IMG/VR virus record: IMGVR_UViG_3300030382_003949
Coordinates: 1 to 50,748 of that record
Source: a virus
Taxonomy: Duplodnaviria; Caudoviricetes
DNA length: 50,748 nt
Reading direction: 5' to 3' (one strand)
Both the position numbers and the translations under genes were made by a program. This document shows, piece after piece, positions 18,804 through 28,826 of the stretch. The notes beneath the pieces are model-generated. The model ran no database searches, was not told the origin of the DNA, and saw only the letters and a list, made by a program, of their open reading frames with translations. Every line of letters starts with the position of its first letter. Position 1 is the stretch's first letter.

Positions 18804-21800
18804 ATGCCAGACCCATATACAGAGTATCTAAATCTAGCAAGAAAGCGAGCTGGATTAGACCATTATTCCGAATATCTTAATCTTTCTCAGGTGGGTGTCG
18901 GAGACCCTTATGAGGAATATTTAAGACTACTGACATCCCAAAATAAACTGATGACTCCCGAGCCGGGAGAAATAGAAGAAATGGATACCAGAGACCCTGT
19001 AGGATTCGGAGGTTATTTGTGGAAAGGATTCAAGTCTGGTGCCACTTTGGGATATGCCGGAGATGAAGAATTGGGTCAAATGACCACTGGAGAACTCAGC
19101 GGTCTGCTTATAGGAGAATTGGGAGGAGGTCTCTTACCACTTGGTTTTGCTACTGCCGTTACTGGAGGATACGGAGCCCCTGCCGTTGCCACGGGTAGAA
19201 TGGCAAGGGCATATAACATCATTCAAAAACTCGCCTCGTCCGGCAGTAAGATCAACAAAAACACAAAGTCCATTAAAAAACTGGATGCAATTAAAGACAG
19301 GTCTAAGATAATTAGACTGGAAAAAGAGATTGCGGAGGAGGCGTCCAAGAGTAAGGGATACAAAAAAATTCTTAAAGATGATAAAAAAGATTATATAGAG
19401 AGCATTTTAAAAGCCGAGCCTTCAAGATTCATATCTCGATCAGGAAAGGTCAAGACTTTAGCCAAAGCTCCATTGTTTCCCACAGCAGGTGGAATGATGG
19501 GAAAACGAAAGTTATACCAGTCTTCAATAAAATCGATTGCGGAAAACTATGGATTTGAAGCTGCCAATGCTGCAAACAGATTCGCCAATGCGGCAGTGTC
19601 GTTTGCCGCCACCGGAGTCCTTAGGAAGAGAGGAGAAGGAACTTTCGGTGAACTGAATTTGGCCGATAGAATGGCCGGAATACCGAAAGATGCATGGATG
19701 GGTGCATTGTTTACGGTTGCAGGATTGCCGTCCATGTTGGGTGCAAAAGGGGCAGGGTTATTGGATTCTGCAGCTCTGATGGGAGTAGGAGGATACAGCG
19801 ATTATCTTACTGGGTCTCCAAATCCGAACATGACTGCTCAAGAAAGATTGATGCATGCCCTGACTCTTGTGGGATTCCATCATATTCAGAGAGGATTCAG
19901 CAATGCCTATGCCAAAGACAAGATGTTCAATGCCTTGCTTGACTTGAAGTTTGAAAGGCCCTTGGCATATGAACTAATTTATGAAAGCAAGGCTTTAGAT
20001 GCTCAATTTAAAAACAATAGGTCTTTTCTCAAGAAGGAAGGATTCATATACAGGAACAGAAAAGACAAGGATAATTTCGTTTCCATAACAGATATAGTTC
20101 CCAAAGGAGAGAAAGGAGAACCGGCGAGGATTACAGTAAAAGATATAGGTTCAGGAAAATCGGATGCATACGAAGGCAAAAGCATTTCAAAAGCAAGAGA
20201 TAATCTTCATGCAAAATATGAAAGAATAGATTATACCGATAAAAAATATTACGACGATCTGCCAGCCGACATAAAAGAGAATATGGATTTCCAAAACAGG
20301 ATGAAAGACAATATTGCAGGCGGAGACGTTCCAAAACGGACTAAGGAAATGACCCAAAGGAAAAATGATCTTGAATCAAAAAGGATGAAGATTGATGAAG
20401 CTTCCAAAGGGCCAAGATTTTTCAATATCAAAAAAGTTGATCCGTCTGAAGTTACAAAAGGGAAAAATCCCGTCATCGACATCCGCAAGGATTTAAAAGG
20501 GCAGAAAGAATGGTTCGACGCTGAACTGGAGATGTTGGAAAAATTGAAAAATGAAAATCCAGACGTTCCTTGGCAACAATTTGAAGGTGGAAATTGGCCG
20601 GCAGTATATAATTGGGTTCCTTCAGGAGAAAGAAAATATATTAGTAATTTTATTACTAACTACCCCTTACAATATCATGGTCCGGTGGGGTCTCCCCAGA
20701 AAGTCATTTCTGCAAAAATGGTTCAAGAACGGATTCACAAGAACTTTAGAAAAGAAGCTTTAAAAGACCCGTCGAGAAAAGTTGAAAAAGATTTTCCTGC
20801 CAAAGTGAAAGACTACAAGGAAGGAGACATAATCGTAATACCAAAAATCAGAAGGCATAGAACCGTTGCCGATGAAGGGACTGGTGCTGCGTTCGACAAT
20901 AACGAGAGTCAGTTGGCTGTCATTATAAAGACAAATAAAGATCGACCTGATCGCGTCGTAAAAAAGGAAGGAGACAGATACGTTCCAATTCCCGATGCAT
21001 CAACTGTAAGAGTGAGAACCGTCGATCTTGCTTCGGGAGAGTCGATGGAATTAAATATTCGAATAGGAAGATCAAGACGAAAGCGCAAGGATGGTTTAGT
21101 ATTCAGAGAAAATTTTATAGATGAAAATAAAAAAGAGATCGATAAGTTACGAAAGGAGTTGGAATCACAAACAAAAGAGGAGCGTACCGAGTATTGGCGT
21201 GATCCGTCAACTGGAGAAATAAGGAAAGATAAGATTGGCAGGCCAATGGTCAAGAAAATACAAGATATTGATGACATTTACGTTTTACAGGAATATTTGG
21301 AACGCACTGGTCAGTTAGAATCATTCAATGAAAGAGTAAAACGGATCGGCGAATACATAGAGCTGGACGTCACTGCCGATCCTTTTGTCAAATCAAAAGG
21401 CAAGATAGACCCTGAAATTTACAATACTGAAATGTTTAAAGACGCTTCCGGTTTAGTTGAAGGCAAATACATAAAGGAATTTTACAAACCCGAATTATTT
21501 TATCAAAATGACAAAGGTAAAAACGTATCGTTTGATTTGAAAAACATAGGATACAAGGGCGAATATATATTCGATGACCTATTGGAAGCTCATAAAAAAA
21601 TGGAAAGAATATGGAGTGAGCCAATTCCAACCAATGAATTCTTGAAGTCGTCAATGGAAAATTTAACAAGGCAGGCAGGCAAGCTTGAAAAGAATCCTGA
21701 TTGGGTCAGATTCAACAACAAAAAACATGCCATCAAAAATGAATTGAAATCTCAGGGATACTCGGCATGGGATCAAAGAGCCTTGATTACGGCGTTGTAT

Positions 21801-24800
21801 CCACATGCCAAGGGTAGGAGCTCCTCTGAGATGATCGAAAGCCTTACGTACAGCGAATTGTCGAGAATAAAAAGATTCATCAAGGGAGAGGAATCAAGTC
21901 TGATACACGACAATACTACAGTTACGTTTCTCGGTGACAATTTTCCGTCAAAGGTTAGGGCAGCTCGTCTGAAATTAGTCAGAACCATGAGAGAATTTTC
22001 AATGCCGACTATGGGAATTTTCGATGCTGTTGGATATTACGGACAAAAAATTGCCCGGAAGTTAGAGAAATTTTCAATGTGGAGAACGAACGTGATGGGT
22101 AGTGTTGTCCAGTTCGAAAAGGCAATGAATACCCACCTGAAAAGTCACGGACTTGATCTCAACGATATTCAGAAGTTCATGCAGGTCATGCGCGATCCAA
22201 AATACGAAAGGCAGAAAGAGAGCAAGGAATATAAAGATTTCATAGAGAAACTGGAGAAGATAAAAATAATAGAAGGAGAAGGAAAATTTAAAACCGAACT
22301 TAGCCTAAGATCGTGGGTCGAAAATGCATATCAGAAATTCTTCGACGATATGGCAAAGATACAGATCAGTTCCAACTCTTGGATCAAGACGGTAAACAAG
22401 AAGGGAGATGTAAAGACAAGAAGATTCGTAAAGATATCCGACAAGAAAGGCAACGAGATAGAATTGATAGATATGTATGAAAATCCTGAAAGGCACAATG
22501 CTCAGGTAGATACGTTTTTGTCTTTTCTCAAAGGAGGACAAAAAGGAGAACCGGCACCGAAAAAGGTTATGGACAAACACGGCAAGATGGTAGTTGCAGA
22601 TCGCAAGAGTTTGGTTTCTTATTACGAACCCAACTACTCTCCAAGGATGATAACCGATAGATTTATGATGATTGCCGGAATAACCAACACAAAATTGGAT
22701 GCAGCCATACACGATCTTATGAAAAGGCCGGAGATAAGAGAGTTGGGAGTGTCGGAAGCTCGAAAGATGGAGATTGCCCGTCAACAGTTGAATGAAATAT
22801 TAAACATGAGAGGGCCTCAGGGCGTTTACGGCAGACAATGGGCTAGAGTTGCCGATTTGCCGACACACTATTATCTAAAGAAAAGAGGCAGGTCTTGGGA
22901 AAAGGACAACTACGAAGTGATTCAGCTCGAGGGAGGCAGTCACAACGTCACCAAGCCAGACGGAACGTTGTACAAGAAGGGCGAAAAGATACTTGATTCC
23001 CGCAGGAAAGAAGTAGTGATAGACGAAGTGATTCCAGTATATGAAACCGACTACAACATGGTGATGAAAAAGTATTCCGATGCAATCTCACATTCCACGG
23101 CAGCTGCTCATACGTACGGATCAGCTAAGCATAAAAATATTCTTTGGAATGATTTGGCAGAGGGAGTTGGTCGCGAGACTGGAGACCCTTACTATAAGCA
23201 ATTTGCAACCAAGGTGATTAAAAATCAGCTTTATGGAGAATCCCGTACTGGATTCGACAGATTTTTCAGGCCTATTGCAAGAGTTTCTGCTCTTACTGGA
23301 CTGTCGTTCCCCGTCAGTGCCTTGAAAAACACTCTTCTTGGTACGACTCAGGACGTCACCGTGTTTACTTCAAGAGAACTTTTGAGTTCCATGCGACATC
23401 TTTTGAGTAAGGGAATGTATAAAAATGAAAGGGATATGGCTAGGTTAAAAGGTTACACTCACATAGGAGCCTACGATTTATTTCTGACTTCCAAGCCTTT
23501 TGTTGGTGCCACATGGCTGAGGAAAATTCTCTACAATGCCGGACTCATGCAGACAACCGAATCTTTAAACAGAATCGTCTCACAATCCATCGGGCCGTTT
23601 GCATTGAAAATTCACGTCGACAATGTTGCCGGAATAAAAAATGCAGCCACTAAGGGATTGTCTCAGGGTGCAAGTCGAAGAATATTGGTAGACGTGTTCG
23701 GTTTTAAAGGCGAAGAGATATCCGATATGGCATTCAGGCGTCAGTCTGCGAAAGAATCAGGCAACTCAATGGTGTTCAAGGAAACGGAGACGGACAGAGC
23801 AAGATACAGGTCACAGTTGGTTACTCAGGGATCGGGAGACATACCCTACGTCCCGTATTGGATGGGCAAGCAGTGGGCAAAGCCGTTGACTCTTTTCTAC
23901 AGGGTGGCCTATAGGATGACGGAGACGGCCCAGAAGAACGTGATCAAGCCGATCATAGTCGACGGCAATATGATACCGGCTATGAAATACATGACTGCCG
24001 TTACTGGTTCGGGAATGGTTTTATACAAGTTTTACGATTGGGTGCTTGATGAAGAAAGAATGAATCAGTTCAAGTCGATGCCTTCAAATATGTTGGATTA
24101 TTTCATAAAGGCCGAAGGGCTGGGATTGTTCAGCAATGCCTTCAACGAGTATGGTGGAGTGGCCGATTCATATTGGCCTGTGGTTGCCCGCAACACGGAA
24201 ACGTTCGTCGACATGCTGACTGGAACGTTTAAGGAAGTGGCCAGAGGCGAGCCTGAATTTGCCATAAAGGAAATCGGCGACGGGATGTCCCAAATAGTTG
24301 CCGCCTACAACGGATACAAGAGGGTATGGGACAGGTTGACCGGAGACACTCAGAAAAGATTCAAGGATTCCAGAAGAAGGCAGACCCAGTTTCTGGATGC
24401 CTTTTATCCAAAGGAGAAATTAGACATAGATTTTGACGATGGAGCAAACAGCAAAACGGCCTACTACAGGGGAGTCAGGGATTCTTTTTGGATAGATGAT
24501 AACAAGAGAAGAGCAAGATCATACTACTCGGCCCTGCATTATCTGACCCACACCATAATGGCAGACAAGGGATTCACTGCAGCCAAGGCGAAGAAGGAGG
24601 CCCGATCTAGATTAAAGAGAAGCATATCCAAACTTCGTCCCATACCAACCAGTTGGAGAAAGACTCCGGGTCGTACCCGCAAGTCCAAGTATCATGAGTA
24701 TTACACTAGGCTTCCGGCAGGTGCTCGTGAAGAGGAAGATGCATTGGATTCTCTGTACATAAGAAGGAAACAGGAATTGTACAATGCCATAAGACAATAC

Positions 24801-24830
24801 AAAGACCTATACGATACGGATCAATACTGA
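18804..24830 (+). CDS. Very large putative internal virion/DNA-ejection protein (2008 aa)
   Basis: Hydrophobic Gly/Ala segments near the N-terminus, a large charged middle and a helical C-terminal region. Size and position are analogous to podovirus ejection proteins. No catalytic motif recognised. Confidence 0.65.
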   Translation: MPDPYTEYLNLARKRAGLDHYSEYLNLSQVGVGDPYEEYLRLLTSQNKLMTPEPGEIEEMDTRDPVGFGGYLWKGFKSGATLGYAGDEELGQMTTGELSGLLIGELGGGLLPLGFATAVTGGYGAPAVATGRMARAYNIIQKLASSGSKINKNTKSIKKLDAIKDRSKIIRLEKEIAEEASKSKGYKKILKDDKKDYIESILKAEPSRFISRSGKVKTLAKAPLFPTAGGMMGKRKLYQSSIKSIAENYGFEAANAANRFANAAVSFAATGVLRKRGEGTFGELNLADRMAGIPKDAWMGALFTVAGLPSMLGAKGAGLLDSAALMGVGGYSDYLTGSPNPNMTAQERLMHALTLVGFHHIQRGFSNAYAKDKMFNALLDLKFERPLAYELIYESKALDAQFKNNRSFLKKEGFIYRNRKDKDNFVSITDIVPKGEKGEPARITVKDIGSGKSDAYEGKSISKARDNLHAKYERIDYTDKKYYDDLPADIKENMDFQNRMKDNIAGGDVPKRTKEMTQRKNDLESKRMKIDEASKGPRFFNIKKVDPSEVTKGKNPVIDIRKDLKGQKEWFDAELEMLEKLKNENPDVPWQQFEGGNWPAVYNWVPSGERKYISNFITNYPLQYHGPVGSPQKVISAKMVQERIHKNFRKEALKDPSRKVEKDFPAKVKDYKEGDIIVIPKIRRHRTVADEGTGAAFDNNESQLAVIIKTNKDRPDRVVKKEGDRYVPIPDASTVRVRTVDLASGESMELNIRIGRSRRKRKDGLVFRENFIDENKKEIDKLRKELESQTKEERTEYWRDPSTGEIRKDKIGRPMVKKIQDIDDIYVLQEYLERTGQLESFNERVKRIGEYIELDVTADPFVKSKGKIDPEIYNTEMFKDASGLVEGKYIKEFYKPELFYQNDKGKNVSFDLKNIGYKGEYIFDDLLEAHKKMERIWSEPIPTNEFLKSSMENLTRQAGKLEKNPDWVRFNNKKHAIKNELKSQGYSAWDQRALITALYPHAKGRSSSEMIESLTYSELSRIKRFIKGEESSLIHDNTTVTFLGDNFPSKVRAARLKLVRTMREFSMPTMGIFDAVGYYGQKIARKLEKFSMWRTNVMGSVVQFEKAMNTHLKSHGLDLNDIQKFMQVMRDPKYERQKESKEYKDFIEKLEKIKIIEGEGKFKTELSLRSWVENAYQKFFDDMAKIQISSNSWIKTVNKKGDVKTRRFVKISDKKGNEIELIDMYENPERHNAQVDTFLSFLKGGQKGEPAPKKVMDKHGKMVVADRKSLVSYYEPNYSPRMITDRFMMIAGITNTKLDAAIHDLMKRPEIRELGVSEARKMEIARQQLNEILNMRGPQGVYGRQWARVADLPTHYYLKKRGRSWEKDNYEVIQLEGGSHNVTKPDGTLYKKGEKILDSRRKEVVIDEVIPVYETDYNMVMKKYSDAISHSTAAAHTYGSAKHKNILWNDLAEGVGRETGDPYYKQFATKVIKNQLYGESRTGFDRFFRPIARVSALTGLSFPVSALKNTLLGTTQDVTVFTSRELLSSMRHLLSKGMYKNERDMARLKGYTHIGAYDLFLTSKPFVGATWLRKILYNAGLMQTTESLNRIVSQSIGPFALKIHVDNVAGIKNAATKGLSQGASRRILVDVFGFKGEEISDMAFRRQSAKESGNSMVFKETETDRARYRSQLVTQGSGDIPYVPYWMGKQWAKPLTLFYRVAYRMTETAQKNVIKPIIVDGNMIPAMKYMTAVTGSGMVLYKFYDWVLDEERMNQFKSMPSNMLDYFIKAEGLGLFSNAFNEYGGVADSYWPVVARNTETFVDMLTGTFKEVARGEPEFAIKEIGDGMSQIVAAYNGYKRVWDRLTGDTQKRFKDSRRRQTQFLDAFYPKEKLDIDFDDGANSKTAYYRGVRDSFWIDDNKRRARSYYSALHYLTHTIMADKGFTAAKAKKEARSRLKRSISKLRPIPTSWRKTPGRTRKSKYHEYYTRLPAGAREEEDALDSLYIRRKQELYNAIRQYKDLYDTDQY

Positions 24831-27271
24831 TGCCTAAACCTTTAGATTACTTGCCATCATTTGAATCATCAGTTGTCGATGAGACTGCAGTTCATCACAA
24901 CATAGATAATTTAATATTTGATCATGAAATTAATCCGTATTATGAAAATCCTAAAGAAGCATATTATGGTAAACCATATAGATATGATGCTAATCTAGGG
25001 GAAGAAGAACATCGTATGTCTATACCATTCAATATGGCACATTACGCTGATATAATTGAAAAAACAAATTTACCTCAATCATTAAGCCCGGTTATAGAAA
25101 AATATTTACCCGGTCATGGTGAAAGTATAGAAAACCATCTTCTTCATAAGATGCGTAAGGGGGATGACCCGGGTGGATTAGTCGCTTATTATCAACCATG
25201 GCAACGAGGGTCTGATGCTGCTAGCCATAACTATGCCAAAAATATAGGTGGTTATTATAAATCGGCTCAAGATACTACATCTCCTGACACAATAAAGATT
25301 TTTGCTGATGCTTATGAACCGGGTAGTGGCTCTACCGATTCTTCAGTCTACACCATAAGGAATGAGGCTCCATTTGGATTTATTCCACCACAGACTGGCG
25401 GTGATAAATATGGTAAATGGCGTATTGAAAATAAAGCTAGTGCTAGGTATGGAACTGCACTTCACGAGCCTCTTCATGGTATCAAATTTCCTGATAAAGT
25501 GGGTGGTTATTATAAAAAGAAATATCTATCCCTACTGGAAGATGGTATGAAACATATGAGCCATATAGTAGACCCTGCGGGTATGAAAAAATTTCCGGGG
25601 TTTTCACAATCGGATTACAGGAAGTATGTTAAAGAAATGGCTGAAAATTTAATAAGTACTTACGGGGGCGAAACATTAAGACGGCAATTAAATAGATTAT
25701 TTAAGGGTAAGACTGAACATAAAGAATCAGTTATGGTTCAGGATGTATTTGATGATTTGTTTCCTGATTACGTTGATCCTCCTAAGGAATATAGTCAGCT
25801 GCCCAGAGAGGGTTATCAAGAAGGTGGCCATGCAGAAGAGTTGCAGGATATTTATCAAAATTGGGATGGAACACCAATGGTTGGTGTCGGGGAAGATATA
25901 GACGGTGACTCTGAATTTGATAGAAATATGGAAAATGCCTTAGCCATTCAATCTCAAATGCAAAGCTTAACTGGGAGTGATCTGAATTCTCAGGGACAAA
26001 ATTATTTGTCTAAGATTTTACAAACATCTCCAATGTCTGACATAGGATATTATTCATCTCATGTACAGCATGGTTCGGGTAAAGATGCTAGGTTGTCTAA
26101 CGTATTTTCACCAATGTACTATACTGGAGAACGAGATGAAAATGATGATCGTATATTTATTCCACGACTAGACCCCGTAGAGGTATTGGGAGTAAAACCA
26201 AAACAACAAGGAGGCCCTGCAGAAAGGCCACCAATATTAGGATATATGCAACCCGGATTTAATCCTGAAGGATATGGGTATGATATGAACACTGCAGAAG
26301 AAGCCGGATTGGAAAGAGATGAGTTTGGTCATATGGGTAGTTTAGACCCTAGAACAGGCATGGTGTTAAAAGGTAGAAAACATGAAAGCTGGAATCCAAT
26401 GGTTCAAGAAGAAATGTATAGAGGCAATACCGTAATGTATAATCCCAACGAAGATAGATATTTTTCTATTGAAGGAGGCATGTACGAACCCGCAGTACAA
26501 GATGAAACGGCCCATAGCCAAATGGATAAGCTTATGTTCGAGAACGAACTTAATCAACAGCCTCAGTACTACATGAGTGAGTATGAGGAAGGATATGATC
26601 CTGTAATGGACTTTGCCGAAGGCATGATGCCTGTTGGACTGATTGGTAAAACTGGTAAAGGTGGATTTAATTTATTAAAAAAATTATTATCATCAAATAA
26701 AGCTGGGAAAGCTGGGAAACAAATTTTAAAAGAAGGTTCAAGTAAAATAAAAAGAGCTACAAAATTACCCGAAAAATTTGCTAAGGTAGGTGATCATAAT
26801 ATTGGAGTTGCTGAGTTTACAGATGATGCTGGTAATATTATAAAACAACCAATGTATAAAAGTACTGGTACAAGCGGGTATGGTGGACAAAGAGCTGGGG
26901 AATGGATGCCATTTCTAGGAAAAAGAGGCGGTGAATTTCATAAAGGTAGGTATGCCCTTGGAAAGGGAGGAAAGCCAGTTTCACATATGATTGATTTTGA
27001 TAAGTATGGTAGAGTAATGGAAAAAAGTTTATCACCAAGAATGAAAAAAATACTACCATCAAAATCGAAATTTGATTGGGAAGCTAGAATGACAGGCCCT
27101 ACAGGCCCGGATACAGGAAGGATGAAACAACTTAGTTATGATATAAAACAACTTGAAAATAAGCTAGATGATTTGCCATTATCTAAAGTTGAATTTAAAG
27201 ACTTGAATAAATGGCTTAGTAAACAAGGTGTTAAAGTGCCTGAAAGGACATGGATACCAGAAACTTATTAA
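24830..27271 (+). CDS. Modular multi-domain putative virion cargo protein (813 aa) with an HExxH motif
   Basis: Last gene of the rightward arm; ALHEPLH at about 25457-25477, a duplicated DETA...N motif, and YQEGG/KQQGG linkers. Confidence 0.6.
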   Translation: MPKPLDYLPSFESSVVDETAVHHNIDNLIFDHEINPYYENPKEAYYGKPYRYDANLGEEEHRMSIPFNMAHYADIIEKTNLPQSLSPVIEKYLPGHGESIENHLLHKMRKGDDPGGLVAYYQPWQRGSDAASHNYAKNIGGYYKSAQDTTSPDTIKIFADAYEPGSGSTDSSVYTIRNEAPFGFIPPQTGGDKYGKWRIENKASARYGTALHEPLHGIKFPDKVGGYYKKKYLSLLEDGMKHMSHIVDPAGMKKFPGFSQSDYRKYVKEMAENLISTYGGETLRRQLNRLFKGKTEHKESVMVQDVFDDLFPDYVDPPKEYSQLPREGYQEGGHAEELQDIYQNWDGTPMVGVGEDIDGDSEFDRNMENALAIQSQMQSLTGSDLNSQGQNYLSKILQTSPMSDIGYYSSHVQHGSGKDARLSNVFSPMYYTGERDENDDRIFIPRLDPVEVLGVKPKQQGGPAERPPILGYMQPGFNPEGYGYDMNTAEEAGLERDEFGHMGSLDPRTGMVLKGRKHESWNPMVQEEMYRGNTVMYNPNEDRYFSIEGGMYEPAVQDETAHSQMDKLMFENELNQQPQYYMSEYEEGYDPVMDFAEGMMPVGLIGKTGKGGFNLLKKLLSSNKAGKAGKQILKEGSSKIKRATKLPEKFAKVGDHNIGVAEFTDDAGNIIKQPMYKSTGTSGYGGQRAGEWMPFLGKRGGEFHKGRYALGKGGKPVSHMIDFDKYGRVMEKSLSPRMKKILPSKSKFDWEARMTGPTGPDTGRMKQLSYDIKQLENKLDDLPLSKVEFKDLNKWLSKQGVKVPERTWIPETY

Positions 27272-27283
27272 AGGGGTCTAATC

Positions 27284-27297
27284 TCCCGTTTACGGGA
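27284..27297. terminator. Small hairpin between the convergent arms
   Basis: TCCCG-TTTA-CGGGA in the 46-bp gap between convergent stop codons; no clear U-tract. Confidence 0.3.
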
Positions 27298-27317
27298 CTA
27301 TTATAGTTTATTCGATA

Positions 27318-27533
27318 CTATGTTCGCTTCCGACAAGAAGGACATGATTTGAACGATTTACCATGAGGAGGAACGTCTTTGCAGTACAGTACGTGATTCC
27401 TCATAAATCCTCCACCTCCAATCATGTACTCCCATATTTTTTTGCAGTCGGGGCATCTATACAATACGTTGTCGGTGTTTGATTTTTTAAAGTTTTCCTT
27501 TGGTATGTTTTTTGAACCCTTGGCTCCGAGCAT
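27318..27533 (-). CDS. Zinc-finger protein (71 aa)
   Basis: CPDC...CPSC. Confidence 0.65.
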   Translation of the reverse strand: MLGAKGSKNIPKENFKKSNTDNVLYRCPDCKKIWEYMIGGGGFMRNHVLYCKDVPPHGKSFKSCPSCRKRT

Positions 27534-27555
27534 GACTCTGGCAAGTACCGATCCG

Positions 27556-27762
27556 TCATCGTCTATTTTGTAGTTTGACGTATTCCCTCCTCAATATTCT
27601 AATGATTGTTTTCAGTTTGCCTATAGGCAGTTCCTGCAGAGGCCGGTAGCCGGCAACTCTTCTTTTTATCTTCAGAGTTTTCTTTATGCCCAATAGAGAT
27701 TGGGCCGTCGCATACCGGCCTATCAGATCGTAGATTTGCTCTTCCTTAGAACGGGACTTCAT
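27556..27762 (-). CDS. Hypothetical basic protein (68 aa)
   Basis: Packed ORF in the leftward operon. Confidence 0.55.
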   Translation of the reverse strand: MKSRSKEEQIYDLIGRYATAQSLLGIKKTLKIKRRVAGYRPLQELPIGKLKTIIRILRREYVKLQNRR

Positions 27763-27982
27763 CCGAATCTGAATCGGATTCGTCCGTATCGATTCTTGGC
27801 TCGCTCACTCGAAGGCTTAGATATGCGTTTCCACCTTTGGAAACGTTCTCCCAAGCCGCCAGTTGGATTTCCTCTCCTTCTACGTTGAGGCTTCCCTTGT
27901 AGGCTGGCTTGTTGTCCCCTTCTTCTCGATAAGTGTTGACGAAGAGAACTCCTTTGTTTGTGTTGTCGTAGTCTTTAGGCAT
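27746..27982 (-). CDS. Small single-stranded DNA-binding-like protein (78 aa)
   Basis: NKGVLF...KPAYKGSLNVEG...AAWE...YLSL OB-like core and an acidic tail ending DEVPF, like SSB C-termini; SD AGGAGG. Confidence 0.7.
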   Translation of the reverse strand: MPKDYDNTNKGVLFVNTYREEGDNKPAYKGSLNVEGEEIQLAAWENVSKGGNAYLSLRVSEPRIDTDESDSDSDEVPF

Positions 27983-28826
27983 GGAATAGTTCCTCCTGTT
28001 TTAGTCTGTTGTTTATTATCTTATGGTACTCTGGATTAAGTTCGCATCCTGTATAGTTGCGGCTTAATCTTTTTGACGTTTCCGCCACGGTGCCGGAACC
28101 CATGAAGGGGTCGAGTACCAACCCACCTTCAGGACTGCCGGTTTTTATGCATGGAGTTATCAACTCCATTGGGAACGTGGCAAAATGTGCTTCGGGATAA
28201 CTGGCAACTCTTGTCTGCCATACGTCCCTCTTATTTCTTTTGGGATATTTTGCGTCGTTGGTTGTTTCCATGATGCTTTCATGGTCGTAATAATATTTTT
28301 TGTTCTTGGCAAATAGGAATATGTATTCGTGACTGCTTGTCGGTCTGTCGGTTACTGATTCAGGTATGGGATTGTACTTTGACCATATGACGTCGCTACG
28401 AAGTATCCATCCTCGTTTCTGAAGGGCAAACGCCAATCTCCACGGCACTCCTATCAAATCTTTTGAAGTCAGTCCGGACACGCTCTTGTCTCTGTATCCC
28501 AATCTCTTGGCTCCTGAGAATCCTCTTCTTCCATCTGCATTGATCTCTGCTCCGGCAGCATAGCAGTCGCCTATGTTCAACCAGAACGTACCGTCATCCT
28601 TAGTAACTCTGTACACCTCATCAAAAACAAGGCAGAGTTGCTCAATATAATCGTCAATAGAATCTTCCAATCCTATTTGATTTTCATTTCCGTAGTCTCT
28701 GAGATTGTAGTACGGAGGCGACGTAACCGTAGTATTAACAACGCCTTCGGGAAAGCCCTTCAATACCTCACGGCAGTCTCCAACAAATATTTTGTTAATC
28801 ACGTCCATCATGTATCCACATTGCAT
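27975..28826 (-). CDS. DNA methyltransferase, N4-cytosine/N6-adenine, beta class (true start probably 28811 or 28808)
   Basis: Catalytic TSPPY precedes the SAM-binding VLDPFMGSGT; HFATFP motif present. Confidence 0.92.
   Translation of the reverse strand: MQCGYMMDVINKIFVGDCREVLKGFPEGVVNTTVTSPPYYNLRDYGNENQIGLEDSIDDYIEQLCLVFDEVYRVTKDDGTFWLNIGDCYAAGAEINADGRRGFSGAKRLGYRDKSVSGLTSKDLIGVPWRLAFALQKRGWILRSDVIWSKYNPIPESVTDRPTSSHEYIFLFAKNKKYYYDHESIMETTNDAKYPKRNKRDVWQTRVASYPEAHFATFPMELITPCIKTGSPEGGLVLDPFMGSGTVAETSKRLSRNYTGCELNPEYHKIINNRLKQEELFHA

Noticed and set aside
18804-24830. Virion RNA polymerase (N4- or crAss-type)
   Set aside because: No DxDGD/DxDxD catalytic context was recognised; left as an ejection protein pending structure search.
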